NCBI RefSeq assembly: GCF_032062105.1
Contig: NW_026919274.1
Coordinates: 1,054,001-1,118,000, forward strand
Direction of reading: 5' to 3'
DNA: 64,000 nucleotides
From: Saccostrea cucullata
Lineage: Eukaryota
The position numbers and the translations under genes are program-made. The stretch's first letter is position 1. Every line of letters begins with the position of its first letter. The notes beneath the pieces are model-generated. The model searched no databases. It was given only the letters and a program-made list of their open reading frames with translations, and was not told where the DNA came from. This document shows positions 1-13,061 of this stretch, piece after piece.

Positions 1-1510
1 TCAGGGGTTCTTGTGCTAGGGCGGGGCTATATAGATCATATAGTGAAAATGCATTTATTCTTTGAAAATCTTCTCTGCTTCTGGGTATTAAATAAACTAA
101 CTAAGCACATAGTTATGACGAGCAAGAGTGCCACTTCCAAAATTGTGAATTTATGGTCCCATGGTCAGGGGTTCTTGTGTTAGGGCGGGGCTCTATTGAT
201 CATATAGTGAAAATGCATTAATTCTTTGAAAATTTTCTTCTCTGCTTCTGGGTATTAAATAAACTAAGTAAGTACATAGTTATGATGAGAAAGAGTGCTT
301 CTTCCAAAATTGTGAATTTTGTGGCCCCAGGGTCAGGGTTTCTGGTGTTAGGACGGGGCTCTATTGATTATATAGTGAAAATGCATTAATTCTTTGAAAA
401 TCTATTCCTTTGCTCCTGGGTTTTATGCCAATGATCCAAGTATATATATATTTTTGTTATACCCTTATAAATATCCTTCTATATATTTATTACTAATAAA
501 AAGTCCAACAAAAGAAATGTTTATTACGTCGGTCTCACAATTTCACTATTGACCGGTCTTACAAATTGTTATAACGTCACTTGTCTGTTACGTCACAATT
601 AATAATCTCGTTCAATATACGAAAATAGCCGAAGTTAGGAGCTATTTTAAAAGAGTTGTTGCTAACAGCAAGGTAAGGTAGAAGGGAAGAGTATGTTTTG
701 TGATAAATAATTTTTGTGATATAATAGATTTATAATTGATTTTGTTCTTTCTCAGCTTGATGTTTTATATTTACAAGAAGCCATAATTTTCCATATAAAA
801 TAATTGATAGTAAAGCGTGTATTGATAAAATTGATCAATCTTAAGTGAGCAGTGAAGGGTATAACAAAACAGTTATAGACTGGGATTCGGGCAACATATG
901 ATTTGTTGGACCTGAAGATGAAAATGTTGCCCTTGGCCTGCGGCCTCGGGCAACATATGATTTGCTGGACCTGAAGATGAAAATGTTGCCCTTGGCCTGC
1001 GGCCTCGGGCAACATTTTCACCTTCAGGTCCAACAAATCATATCTTGCCCTCATACCCAGTCAATAACTGTATAGTGATGAAGAAAGGTGCATCTAGCAA
1101 AATGGTTATTTTTTATGCCCCCTCCCTGGGGGGGGGGGGGGGGGGGGTGTAACATAGTCTGAAAATAAATTAATGCTTTGAAATCTGCTCTTTAGTATTA
1201 ATCAACCATTTTAAGATAAAATTTGCAAAATTTTGAAATATGTGGCCCCAGGGTCAGTGGTTATTTTGGGGTGAGGTGCATAACTGGTTATAAAATGGAA
1301 GTGCATTTTCTCTTTGTTACTCTGATCTACCTCTGAGTATTAAGTAAGTAGAGTAAGCTAAGTTTATAATTATGATAAGCAATGGTGCCTCTTTCAAAAT
1401 TGTGAATTGTGAATTTCATGGCCTCTGGGGTAAAACACGAACCAATTTTAATTATTTGAAAGTTGTTACACGATACTCAGGTGACCTATAAGGCCCGTGG
1501 GCCTCTTGTT
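1..1510 (+). mobile_element. Helentron/HINE-like non-autonomous element carrying ~166-bp tandem repeats (5' end outside window)
   Basis: Units beginning tcagggg/ggtcaggg at ~1, ~165 and ~332, with degenerate units at ~1075-1430. The 3' end has the palindrome aggcccgtgggcct followed by cttgtt (1491-1510). The array is interrupted by an insertion at ~445-1072. Confidence 0.7.
869..1071. repeat. Long hairpin with internal 59-bp tandem duplication; end of an element inserted in the HINE array (tentatively Crypton-like non-autonomous)
   Basis: Arms acagttatagactggg...gttgccc and gggcaacattttcacc...cccagtcaataactgt. The 59-bp unit occurs at 888-946 and 947-1005, with loop ggcctgcggcc. Confidence 0.6.
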
Positions 1511-1656
1511 TAAAGAAACATTTGATAAATTTTATTTTTAAACATATTTCATTTATCCCTTAAGAATTATTAAAATAGATAAATAAAACGACATTAATTT
1601 CTTATTTTAAAAATCAAGACACATTACGGAATTCTACTATTTTTAAGAACAGTCAG

Positions 1657-1954
1657 GTTGCCCACATGGTGCAGTGGTTAGACCGTCTGCTCTAGAGTCG
1701 CGGCGTAAGGAGTTGATCCTTACGTCGCGAGCTTGAATCCCAATCTGGGATATGGAGACCGGTCCTTTGGATTAGACCTATAAACCGAGGTCTCGTGTCG
1801 CAGTAGGTGTTGGCACGAAAAAGATCCATCCCTGCTCAATGGCCCTAAGTGCCGAATACAGGACAAAATTTGAAGCTCTCCAGTGGCAGCGTCTCCATTT
1901 GAGTGAAAAATTCTAGAGAAGGACGTTAAACAACATACAAACAAATTAACGAGC
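1657..1954 (+). mobile_element. Full-length tRNA-derived SINE with Deu/Nin-like core
   Basis: A-box-like tggtgcagtggt, B-box-like gcttgaatcc, core taaaccgaggtctcg...aaagatcc, (CAAA)n-type tail, and 10-bp TSD gaacagtcag at 1647-1656 and 1955-1964. Confidence 0.8.
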
Positions 1955-2257
1955 GAACAGTCAGAATCGGACCTGTAAGTGAAGTTTGTTTGACATCATT
2001 TCAAGAAGGCATAAAAGATGTTTCTAAGAATTTTGCATGAATATCCATGCGGATAAAACAAAAAAGAATGATTTAAGACTACAACATGTACAAGTGCCCT
2101 TCTTAGTTAAATAGTTAGGCATTTATTAGCCCCAATACTCTTCGTGATGTCTTAGAATATTAATTTTTTTTTTCAATTCTCTCAGTGACATTTCGTCATC
2201 GATTTTAAAAATACCCCTTCTTTATTTTCCCATGAATCTGAAAATAAAACTATTTAC

Positions 2258-3950
2258 CTCTTAGAGCATATTTTTATCGTTGTAAAAGTAATGACAGTGG
2301 TTGTCACTATACCAGCAAGAATCGCCAATACTATTCAAAAAATTAAAAAATAAATATTTATTTAAGCCGACTTTAAGTATACAACATATAACCCTTTATG
2401 TCTTTAATGAAGTTCTGCAACCGTTGATATTTTAAATTACTTAAAATATTCTATTTAAAATTTCTATCTGTTTTAATTGATGATTTAAACTTAAGAAACA
2501 ATGTAAGAAACAATTTTAGAAGAAACGTATTACCAAAATATTTGTTCTCTTTCAAAAAGTCAATAACGGTATCCTCTGAAATATAACCAAAATAAATTGA
2601 ATGTGTAATAAACACTTACGTATTTTCCTTAAGCATATACATCAGATCAAATAATTATGAATAAACTACAGCTTTTTTTAATAACTTAATATTGATGCAA
2701 ATAATAATAACATTGGCTTGAACACGTTTCCTTACGTACATAAATGTAAAATAAATATTCCTGTACTTATGCTTTCATTAATTTTCAGTATGTCTACTCT
2801 TATGTACATTAAATCCTAGGTGGACCTTAGTCATCTTTGGATATTGTTAGTAAGGCCATTCCAAGTTTTTTCTCTGTTTAGCGTCCACTCATCTTTCAAA
2901 AACCTACCTACCTATTCGCAAAAAAACACACAAGCCAAAACATAAAACACAGGCTTAAAAGTCATAAAAATGACGCCCTTCAAATGATTTGATCTAACTA
3001 AACTGCTTTAATAGAAGAAATTTCTATTCTTAAGCAAAAACAAGGGATTAAATACTTAAAATACACCTAATATATCTTACTGTACAGAATTATTTGGAGA
3101 AATTGACAAAATAAAAAAAATTTCGACTAAATTAATGAATTTCAGATTTTGTGTGTTTTTTCTAATATAGGGTGTCAAAAACCAAGGCGCACGCGGACGC
3201 TAAGCATAGAAAAAACTTGGATTGGCCTAACGTACTTTTCTAGACAAGTACATATACCTTCTATTATGCTTTCTGTTGATTGTGAATACTTCTGTGTTGT
3301 AGGATTGAGGTCTTTTCTACGATTGGCTTTACCCAACACAAAAACTATTCAGAAAAAAATAACTATTTATACTAGTAGTTAAGACTATGTTCAGAACACG
3401 AAAAACCAATATGAGATACGAATTTTGATTTTAAATGAATACTTTATTAAGTGAATATTGGTCGTTTTTATCTTACCATTCCAGCTAAGCTTGAATGTGA
3501 CATTGTAAGCAGACACTTGGACTTGATTATGACGTGTTTTCACGTGGTCACGTGTTATTGAGGAGCAGTAATTCTTAAGGGTTGTCCTTTGTTCAGTATG
3601 TATTTCTTTTAGCTATAAACATATGAAAATAAAGCTGAACGATAATCAAAATAACTACTGAATTATTCACTAGAAGTGACAAAACGCATGCACGCTAATA
3701 AGCAAGTGAGCAATCAAACCAAAAAAAAAAAAAAAGCAAATAAACACTGAGCAACAATTAATAAAATTTACCATGAGATAACTAGAACAGGTCTTAGAGT
3801 GCACAGAAACTCTTAGTGCTGTAACACGGAACCAGATGCCACGGTTTTCTGGTGCTTGGATTGTCCACGTACAAGTGTTCTCTTCCAATTCTCTCATTGC
3901 TATAATTCTCTTCTTGTAATCTATCTCCTTCTCACATGATGGCTTACACT
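2258..3950 (-). CDS. Gene A (partial): CUB-like domain single-pass membrane protein
   Basis: Phase-compatible GT-AG exons 3772-3950 (CKPSCEK..NTCTWTIQAPENRGIWFRVTALRV..CSSYLM), 3477-3612 (LKEIH..YCSS..VQVSAYNVTFKLSWN), 3258-3344, 2534-2575, and TM exon 2258-2330 (VLAILAGIVTTTVITFTTIKICSKR). CxWxIxAP and YC are CUB hallmarks. First and last exons were not located. Confidence 0.75.
2854..3227. mobile_element. PIF/Harbinger-type MITE in gene A intron
   Basis: ~35-bp imperfect TIRs (ggccattccaagtttttt..tttagcgtcc / ggacgctaagcatagaaaaaacttggattggcc) flanked by TAA on both sides. Confidence 0.65.
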
Positions 3951-4752
3951 CTGTGAAATTAATACAAGTTTAAGATGTTGAAAAATACAAAATTAGAAAT
4001 GTTTTGTCTAAAGAAAAATGTGAAGTCAGGGCAGTTTTATTATCTTAAAAGTCGCAAAAATGCCAAGAAAGATTGTTGGAGAATTAACTTTTTTACCCTC
4101 ATAAGAATGACCCATTTTCGTTTTTAATGGTGTTGTCTCGATCGTCTTTGTTATTCTCATTTCGAAATTTCAAATCATTAAGATTTTTTAAATTTCTTTT
4201 TAGCATTTGTATACTGTCCTATATGAAAGCAAACTGACAAAATCTGTGGTATCATTTATTTCGATTTAGTATCGAGAAAACATTTGAAATGAAAAAAAGA
4301 ATGTATTTTAATACACAGAATAGATAAATTATAGGTCTAAAGGTCGAGTTGACTGCTATTCAGAAACAATTTGTTGTAACCTTCATTGATATTTCCTACC
4401 CATTTTTTTAATGCTATGTAAAATACTCGAGGAAGGAATTTATAAATTGTTAAAGATTAAGATTTGCAATTATGAATGATTTTATACAAGGAATGAAGCG
4501 ATTTATAAAAAAAAGCGTAAACTGTCACAAGGTTTGTTATATCGTATAACATACGATAAACTTCATTCCGTGTAATTTAATTTCAGTGTAGACAATGAGA
4601 CAATTTTTCCTCCGGAAAAATGCCTAAAATTTAGCATATTTTAAAAGTAACGTCAAGCGGAGTAATACTTTCTTGACGTGGGCAAGTTATGTTATACAAA
4701 ATGGATTAAATCTTTAACCCAATCAAATGACGTGTTACAATGAAGAAATAAG

Positions 4753-4860
4753 ATATCATTTTTAGAGTTTCATTGGGATATGACATGAAGTTGGTCACGT
4801 GATCAAATTCTTTAGCGACCGACTTCATGTCATTCCCAATGAAACTCTAAAAAATTATAT
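4753..4860. repeat. Long hairpin related to the one at 22013-22152
   Basis: ~45-bp arms (ttagagtttcattgggatatgacatgaagttggtc / gaccgacttcatgtcattcccaatgaaactctaa). Shares ggtcacgtgatcaaat with the 22-kb hairpin. Confidence 0.6.
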
Positions 4861-7239
4861 TTTTTTCTTATATTTATATTTTCATTTTTATTCATGTGAC
4901 AAGGAAAACACGCACTATTTAGACTTTGTTATGGAAATGCAACATAACGTATCTACGACGTCATGTGACGTCACAATCTGAACTTTCCAAAATGGCTCGT
5001 ACAGTTTGCTTTCCATATGCAAGAAAATCTGATCATGTGACCAACTGCATGTCAATGAAAATTGAATTTCAATTTCATTATCATTGTTATATAAGGAAAG
5101 ACATCAGGAAATGTAAATATTTAAAATTAAATTGTTATATTTTAATTGTATGCAACAATATTTACAAATCACCGTACTGCATCTTTGATATAAGTAAAGG
5201 CCATTAAAATAGTCCTGACATTTTCCATAAAAATCTTCACGAAGTAAAAAAAAATTGTCTTTCAATTACAATTAATTTTTTCCAGCTGAACAGTAGATAA
5301 AACATCTATAAGCTACACTTTGTTCATTAATTTTGATCACAAAGGCCATGTAAAATATATCAATTTTTGGTATTGACCTTGTAGTCCAGTAATTCGAAAA
5401 AGTAACCCCAAAGTAAAAATATTCAGATTAATTTCTCTATTAATATTGCACCTACACAATACAAATGAACAATTTTTAGTAAAAATCATTTGTTTTAAAA
5501 TTTTCGAGTGAAATCAAAATTATGAGGGATATGTTGGACTCTCTCATTTAATGCATATAAGTTCTTACATTTTTAAAAAAATTCTTTCTAGTGGAACATT
5601 TTTTCTTCCAAAAGATACAAAAGGCTTTTTTATGTGAATGTTTATACTTACCAATCATATTGTATACTCCTATCAAAGAAAATACAAATATTAACCACTG
5701 AGACATATTGTCCAGATTTTTACTTCAAGACGACTCGATCGTTCTATGTTCGAAAAAAAATGTTCTGCGTGCTTATTATTTGTTTTATGTACTATTTAAA
5801 ACCTTCAATTTTAAGTGTACTTGTCCATTCTATAAATAATTCCTGATCAGATTTTTACTTCAAGAATTTTAATATTTTAAAAAAGTAGAAATAATGAAGA
5901 TATTAAAATTTTTGTATATTATCATAAGTATATATAATTTAATTTTGAGATGGCTGATTATAATTGTTAAATCGGGAATGAGGGTAATCTTTGCGTTCTA
6001 TGAACTGAATATAATATGTCCCTTATATTGTCATGCATTTATATTTGTCTTCAAAATCATGAATACACAAACATTTTAAATTCAATGTCAGTTCAGAGTA
6101 AGTTCTGATAACGTGAACAAGGCTGAATGACCTTAAATTACATCTGGTCTGCAAAATTATTATTGTATAGAATTGTGTCTCAAACATCTTTATTTTTTTT
6201 TTTGGTTCTAAATTTGTCTTTTATATTGAAATCAATCTTTATTTAAAGACTGTCCAGATCAAACATAAACATAATCACGTTTTCTTTTAAAGTTTTCTCA
6301 TTTAAAACTTCTAACTTAATTGTGACCATTTACTGTACTTTTCAAATTTTCGATACCGAGTCTGAAAAGGGACCTGGCTTATTTATTTAAAAAAAAAATA
6401 ATCAAAAATATAAAATAAATATTTAGATATTTTAAAAATAACATATCATCTGTTATTTGAACGGATGTTGATGATTGAGGAGATCATTGTATACAAGAGG
6501 ACTCCACATGGCTGTGTTTTAATTCAGGAAATTTGCTTTTCACAACGGGAACTCTTTTAATTTTTTATTGTCAGGTTTGGATCTTTTTCAGATTATGAAA
6601 ATGTATAGAGAGTATTCAATGTTTGAGGTTGGAATTTATTTCCCGAGTGAAACAAAATGATTTTTTCTTTACACAGCTAGTAAAGAAAGGCTGTGACGTC
6701 AAAGTTAAAACGTCATATTTAGCTAACACTAAACATTTGGAGAAATTTTGACAGTTTTAGTCACTGTCGGGATGGTTTAGTTACTGTCCTGATCTTATAT
6801 CTTCTTAAAACGTAGATTTATTTTTTTTTTAATTAACATAAAAGTTTTTGTCTGTCATAATACTAACCCAACCAAAACAGGAAAGTTTTTTTTTATTTTT
6901 CAATTTATGCCAGTTGTTAAACATGTGTCATAAAAATTTAGGAAATCAATGATTAACTTACAAAATAATAATGCAAGTTTGCTGTTTTTCTAAAAAAAAA
7001 AAAAAAAAACACGTCAATTTCACTTTAATTTATTTTTTTTGTATTTTCTTCACATTTTGGGTCATTCAAAACTGTTTAAATGTTTTATCTTTGTTAATTA
7101 ATGGAATGTGGATTGAAAACACCTCAGATATTGATTCTATACATTAAAATTTGCACAGTCATGCGGCCCAATTAATGAATGAAATGTATGAAAAAAAAAC
7201 CAAAATGTAGCACACCAAAAAGTCTATATTCAAACAATA

Positions 7240-8400
7240 AAAATCAGGAGCAGAGCAAATGGACCTTTAATATCAGAGATGAGATCAGGTATCACGAAGG
7301 AGTGAACATCTCCTGCCGATCGGTCTCAACCGTCGTGTGCGTCTTGTCCTGATCGAGAAATACATACAATGGAAGATCCATCGACAATTCGATGTGTAAA
7401 AATGACCCAATTATTAGTATGAAAAAAGTCTATCAGCTTTGCCCCTTTGATAACTAGATCATATATGTCTCAAAATGATGACTTTAAACGAAATTGTTGA
7501 TATTTTTTGTTTCATCAACTTATTTGACAATAACTTGACTTGTCTAAGAAATTGTTCGTACGTTGAGATTGCTCTTATGTAACAAATAAACTTAGAGATA
7601 TAAAACCTGTATGCAGGTGATAAGAGCATATTGCGAAAAATAAAAGAAAACAACTTCAAACCAAGATAAGAGCTACCTGATAGCGAAAATACATTACCAT
7701 TAAATTTCAAAGATGTTATATTTATAATAGTAGAACTTATACAGTTCAAAATTAAATGATGAAGAACTGAAATGTAAAAAAGAGTATATTGCTGCATAAG
7801 TAAGAGAAGTTGACAATTGGAAAGTCATAATCAGTCAAAACGTTTATCATGAAGCTTTTTTGTTTGGTTACCACTGACGTCTATCCAAATATGAAACTGA
7901 TTGCCAAACTCTATGGTATGTTTTATTTCAAGCTATCAGGGATATATCGTGTTGATACATATATAGAAATAACTTGTGTCGTTTGATAACACGTCGTCGA
8001 TATTTCAAAATATTATGCTTTCATTTAAATTGCTTGAATCTGATTCGTCGGGAAACATTTGTTTAAAAAAAACACTATTACATGTACTCGCTGAATGATG
8101 AAGCTGAATAATGAAGCCACAGTAGTTAACATTGCTTTTCGACGGGTGATATTCTATAAAATGTTGACTGCGCAAATTACATGCGTGTAAGTACCACTGT
8201 AATGCGTATTTGTATAAAACATTCAGCATAAAATAATTTATATTGCCTGTAGTTGAGTAAATACAATATTTATATGATATCTATCCAGTGTGTTCTTCTT
8301 CTCATGTATAGGATTTTGAATAAACTCTGCTTCATATGAATATAAAAATAGATGCATGAATAAAGGGGCGCAATTCGTATAATATTTTCACATCTTAATT
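7240..8400 (-). mobile_element. Degraded Penelope-like (Naiad-type) retroelement remnants
   Basis: Reverse strand gives TNCAPLF..LFLYSYEAEF (~8325-8378) and SPAY..YIS..I.YIRAISTYEQFLRQ (~7540-7625). The 3' tail at 7250-7340 is homologous to 36085-36230. Confidence 0.6.
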
Positions 8401-8628
8401 TAGTTTTATGATATCCTTATGCAAATTGCAATATGCTTTTAATGTGTTTTTATGTTATTGATTTTGTGCTTAATAAGTGAACGTACAAAATTTTAAAGAA
8501 GAAAACCAAGATATTAATAATATTTTAACTGATTCAAGAAATAAGTTTTTGAATAAAGAGTTTTTATGCTCTTTACAGCTTTGCTGAAATTGAGTATTTT
8601 AGTCTTAGGAAAATTAGCTGTATGATAC

Positions 8629-9743
8629 TAGGGCTTGGCATAAATATCGATATTTTGGTATATTGCAATACAGCGACAAACAATATCGTATCTCAATACG
8701 TTTTTGAATTTTATCATTAAATATATGAATAAATGCAAGAAAGGTTTGTTATTAAGGCAAGCAGTAAGACAGGAACTGTTTTATGGTCGCTGGATATTGG
8801 CCAAATTGCGATATGTTATATATTATACAATTATTGAAGTTTTTTTAGGTCAGTACAATGATTTAGCCATTTGAGGAGTACGATATTTACCTAGCCCGAA
8901 GGGCGAGGTGAATATATACTTCGAAGATAGCTAAATCATTGTATTGACCTCAAAAAACAGCAATAATTGTTTTTTTTATATGATTCACTGATAAAATGAT
9001 ACAGCTCATTACTTGTTTGCATTTTATTAAGTCCTAGCCAAATACAAGAGAGAAGCAGAATTAAAATGTGAATAAACCTTACCAGTCGTATCAATTTGAA
9101 ATTTTTTTTTATTTATCAATTTTAGTTGCCATGAAAATATATATAATTTTAGTCTTTTTTATTTGATAGATTTTGAAAGGAAGGAGTATTATCAGGGAAA
9201 ACTGACTGCCAAAAAGCAAAAAAAAAATTGTTGTTCAGTAAAAGTTTTGGAGGGGGGTCCCTACATCCCCTCTTACCACCCTCACCCTAAAATATAATAT
9301 ATAAATCGCTTATGTTTTGTTCACATGAAAAAAAAAACCCATAGTCGTTTAAATAGCTTTCCAAAACAATTTGTATCAATTTGGAATTTTCCAATCTATT
9401 TTTAGATCAATGTTGAAGAAATAAATCCTTGTATTGACCTAGAACGTCACGTACAGGTCATAACATTATTTTTCTAACATAGTTGGATCTCAGCCAGTCA
9501 GAGAGATGGAATTATTCAATCATATAATATATACTAATATTAAATTGGTATTGCGGTATATTGCGGTACATTTTTAACTGCATTGCGATATGTATTGTAA
9601 TATTTTTAATGGTATTAAAATGACATTTTCTTATTATATTAACTTTAATTTACATACAAACATACATACATGTAACTATGATAAGTAAGCAAAAGAAAAA
9701 AATCTTATTGGTTATATCAAATTTCTGCTTTGAACCAGCCCTA
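8629..9743. mobile_element. hAT-type MITE with a nested hairpin element
   Basis: Termini tagggc.. / ..cagcccta; 8-bp TSD tatgatac/tttgatac (1 mismatch). Nested hairpin at 8827-8970 with gcccgaagggc loop. Confidence 0.6.
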
Positions 9744-9809
9744 TTTGATACTAGTTAGAACAATATTTATTTTGTTATGACTATCTTCAATATTCCTTGC
9801 AGAGGTTAA

Positions 9810-11304
9810 AGGTACTTGAACACAGATTTGAACTTAATTTTTTCTGTATAATATCACGAATTGTATATTTAAATAGCATTTCACACAAAAATTAATTAAA
9901 AATCTTATTGCATTTAAAGGTACTTGGACACAGATTTGAAGTTACCATTTTCTCTATAATATTACGACTTATATATTTTAATAGCATTTCACACAAAAAT
10001 TAATAAAAAATCTTATTTCGTTTAAAAGACATTGAAATTTCAAATTTTTCGGCGGGTTTGATTGACATATCCTTGAACTCTCACAAATTTAATTTTATTC
10101 TTAATCCTTAGGAAAAGTGGCAATCTCGTTTTGTATAAATGAAAAATATTAATACTATAATCCAGAAAATTCAGAGTAGGCACTTTCGAAAGCAAAACAA
10201 ACACACAATATATTGTCAGTCCGTGCAGTTGTGGTAAGCAGACTGTGACGATAGAACGCGCCCGGTGAATTGTAAACATAAACAATAACAGAACTCGAGC
10301 CCTGTTTACAAAAACTGTGTACATAACACGAGTGTGCTCGATTTGCTAAACTCTGTACGCATCTCTTAGTTCGGAATGACGAAACTTGTGAAGGTGTTTT
10401 GCTTTCTAACATTTCTACTCTGAATAAAATTATTTTTCTTGGTAAAAGTTTTGATATTTCTCATTAAAACACATCAAAATTGACACTTTTCCTAAGGATT
10501 AAGAATAAAGTTAAAATTTGTGAAAGTGCAAGGATGTGTCAATCAAACCCGCCAAAAAATTTAAAGTTTTAATAACTATTAAATGAAATAAGATTTTTAA
10601 TTAATTTTTGTGTGAAATGCTATTAAAATATATAATTCGTGATATTATACAGAAAAAATGAGAAAATATTAACTTCAAATCTGTGTCCAAGTACCTTTAA
10701 AAGTTATTAAAACTTTTAATTTTTGGCGGGTTTGATTGACACATCCTTTCACTTTCACAAATTTTAACTTTATTCTTAATCCTTAGGAAAAGTGGCAATC
10801 TTGTTGTGTATTAATGAGAAACATTAAAACTTAAATCCAGAAAAATAATTTTATTCAGAGTAGAAATGTTATAAAGCAAAACCCCTTCACAAGTATCGTC
10901 ATTCCGTTGTGTACAGAGTTTAGCAAATCGAGCACACTCGTGTTATGTACACAGTATTTTGTACACAGGGCGAAAGCTTTGTTATTGTTTGGTGTTTTGG
11001 TTCACCGGGTGCGTTCAACGGCCAAAGTCTGCTCACCACAACTGCACGGACTGACAATATATTGTGTGTTTGTTTTGCTTTCGAACATGTCTACACTGAA
11101 TTTTCTGGATTATAGTATTAATATTTTTCATTAATACACAACAAGACTGCCACTTGTCAATCAAACCCGCCAAAAAAATTAAAATTTTAATAACTTTTAT
11201 ATGAAATAAGATTTTTAATTAATTTTTGTGTGAAATGCTATTAAAATATATAAGTGGTAAAATTACAGAAAAAATATTAACTTCAAATCTGTGTCCAAGT
11301 ACCT
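9810..11304. mobile_element. Two copies of one TTAA-targeting (Kolobok-like) long-TIR MITE, one nested in the other
   Basis: Termini aggtacttg(g/a)acacagatttgaa / ttcaaatctgtgtccaagtacct. Outer copy 9810-11304 (TTAA 9806-9809 and 11305-11308); inner copy 9918-10696 (TTAA 9914-9917 and 10697-10700). Confidence 0.8.
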
Positions 11305-11490
11305 TTAATAAGAGAACGAGAACATCAGCATGAAATAATACACATACTTTTTATTCAGTTTAATATGATGCAGGCATATATCGAATTATTTTGAGAAAAA
11401 ATTCTCTTGACAATAAAAATTTTTTTACTTAAAACATAACCTTGTTCAGGGTATTAACATGAAATAAGTTTTTGTTTGTCTGTTGTTTAA

Positions 11491-12512
11491 AGCAATATGA
11501 GCTGCATTTTGGAGATATCAGTGGCGTATATTTCTTTCTGCTAATGTGTAGGCTAGTGTGAAGTCACATATTTAACCTGAGGTGCAAAGTATTGGTAGAA
11601 AATGAGCTTCCTCTCGCTTGGTATTAGACCGGGGGGAGGGGGTTCAACGGGAGTATTTTTTGCAAACTCAGACACCTACAATAATTTATTTTAATTTGAC
11701 GTGTGAAATAATATTGTAAATATATTTACAGTTTATACAGCGATGTGAAGACAACTTAACAAAATTGATAGCTCTTAATTTATCCTTTAACTCTGCTTAG
11801 AAAATATAGAAACTTCCTTACTGAATAATCAAAATTCAATCAATATGTTGAATTTCCTACTATCGAAATAATAATTCATAATATCAATTTCGTTTCCTTC
11901 AATTATTATGGACTCCTGTTGCTTTCGATGAAATTTTCTGATAGTTACTTAATAACACTTGAATAACACTTGAACTTTGGCTTAAAACATTTCCAGCTTA
12001 GGGAATAGTTTTATCCCTAAAATTTAATATAAAACAAAACTGTAAACATAATTGGATAGGTATTAACGTGTAAAGTGCTAAGAATGCTTTTAGCATTTGC
12101 GACTAAATAAACTAATAGGTTCGATTTAATTATCAACTCCCCACCCCTTTATTTAAACGAATTTTTATACCGGAGAAAATGATGTGTATGCTGCAACCTT
12201 TTTTTCCACGCCACTGAATATTAATGTTGTTTTAAATTTGCTGTTAATATGAATCTGTATGTAATTCAAACCATTATGTTTTTCGTTTTCAAAAGAAAGA
12301 TTTTTACAAAGGAATGTATAGTATTATATAAGAAATCAATAAAGTACAGGGCGACAATAATGTAATTTTGCTTCAATCAGAGCAAATAAATCGTTCTTCT
12401 GCCTTAGATATAAAGATTAGAAGTTTATAAATGTTTTGTTTTTTGGGATCATTTGTTTAATTTCAATATTGCAACAGAAATTTCAGACATCAAACTTGCA
12501 GCTCATATTGCT
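11491..12512. mobile_element. TTAA-targeting (Kolobok-like) MITE inserted in a SINE tail
   Basis: Perfect 16-bp TIR agcaatatgagctgca / tgcagctcatattgct with TTAA TSDs. The flanks rejoin as minus-strand SINE sequence tttgtttgtctgttgtttaa|cgtc..cgagaa. Confidence 0.75.
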
Positions 12513-13061
12513 TTAACGTCACTTCGAGAACTTTTAACTTTTAAATTGAGACGCCACCAATTGCTAATGGAGAGGTTAAATTAAGACTACCACTAGGCAT
12601 TTAGGCATTTGAGCAATAAGTTATTTTTGAGTATAGATTTTGCCCATTTTATTCGTCTCGGCAGTTCCTCGGTAATTATATTAGGATCTACTTTTGAACA
12701 TTTTTATACCTGACTTTATGGATGACGATTGGAGGTAGATACTGATAGAGAAGTACGAGATAAACGGGTTATGTAAAGCTCAATTTTAAATAAGTTGAGT
12801 TGTTCTTTCATTTTATCCATTTTTGATACAATTTTTAAGTCCTGGAAGAACCAAGGTGATGAGTGGTCTTCACCAGAATGAATGCTTTAATACTATTTAT
12901 ATCACTTTATATGTAAATACACCCATAATACTATCAGTTCCAGGATAAACCTATACATTGTAGTTAATTTTATCTTTACAATACAGTATTCCATTTAGCC
13001 TTCAAGTAATTATTTTGAAGACAATAATATAAAATATGCTTATTATCAACTGTCACCCTAT

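Noticed and set aside
1657-1750. tRNA gene
   Set aside because: The tRNA-like head continues into a multi-copy core and tail with a TSD, so it is a SINE.
2238-2257. Intron joining the gene A TM exon to an acceptor at 2238
   Set aside because: Only 20 nt, too short for a spliceosomal intron, and the downstream frame stops quickly.
10040-11134. Similar ORFs on both strands suggesting duplicated genes
   Set aside because: They are the inverted cores of the nested MITE pair, with no transposase motifs.
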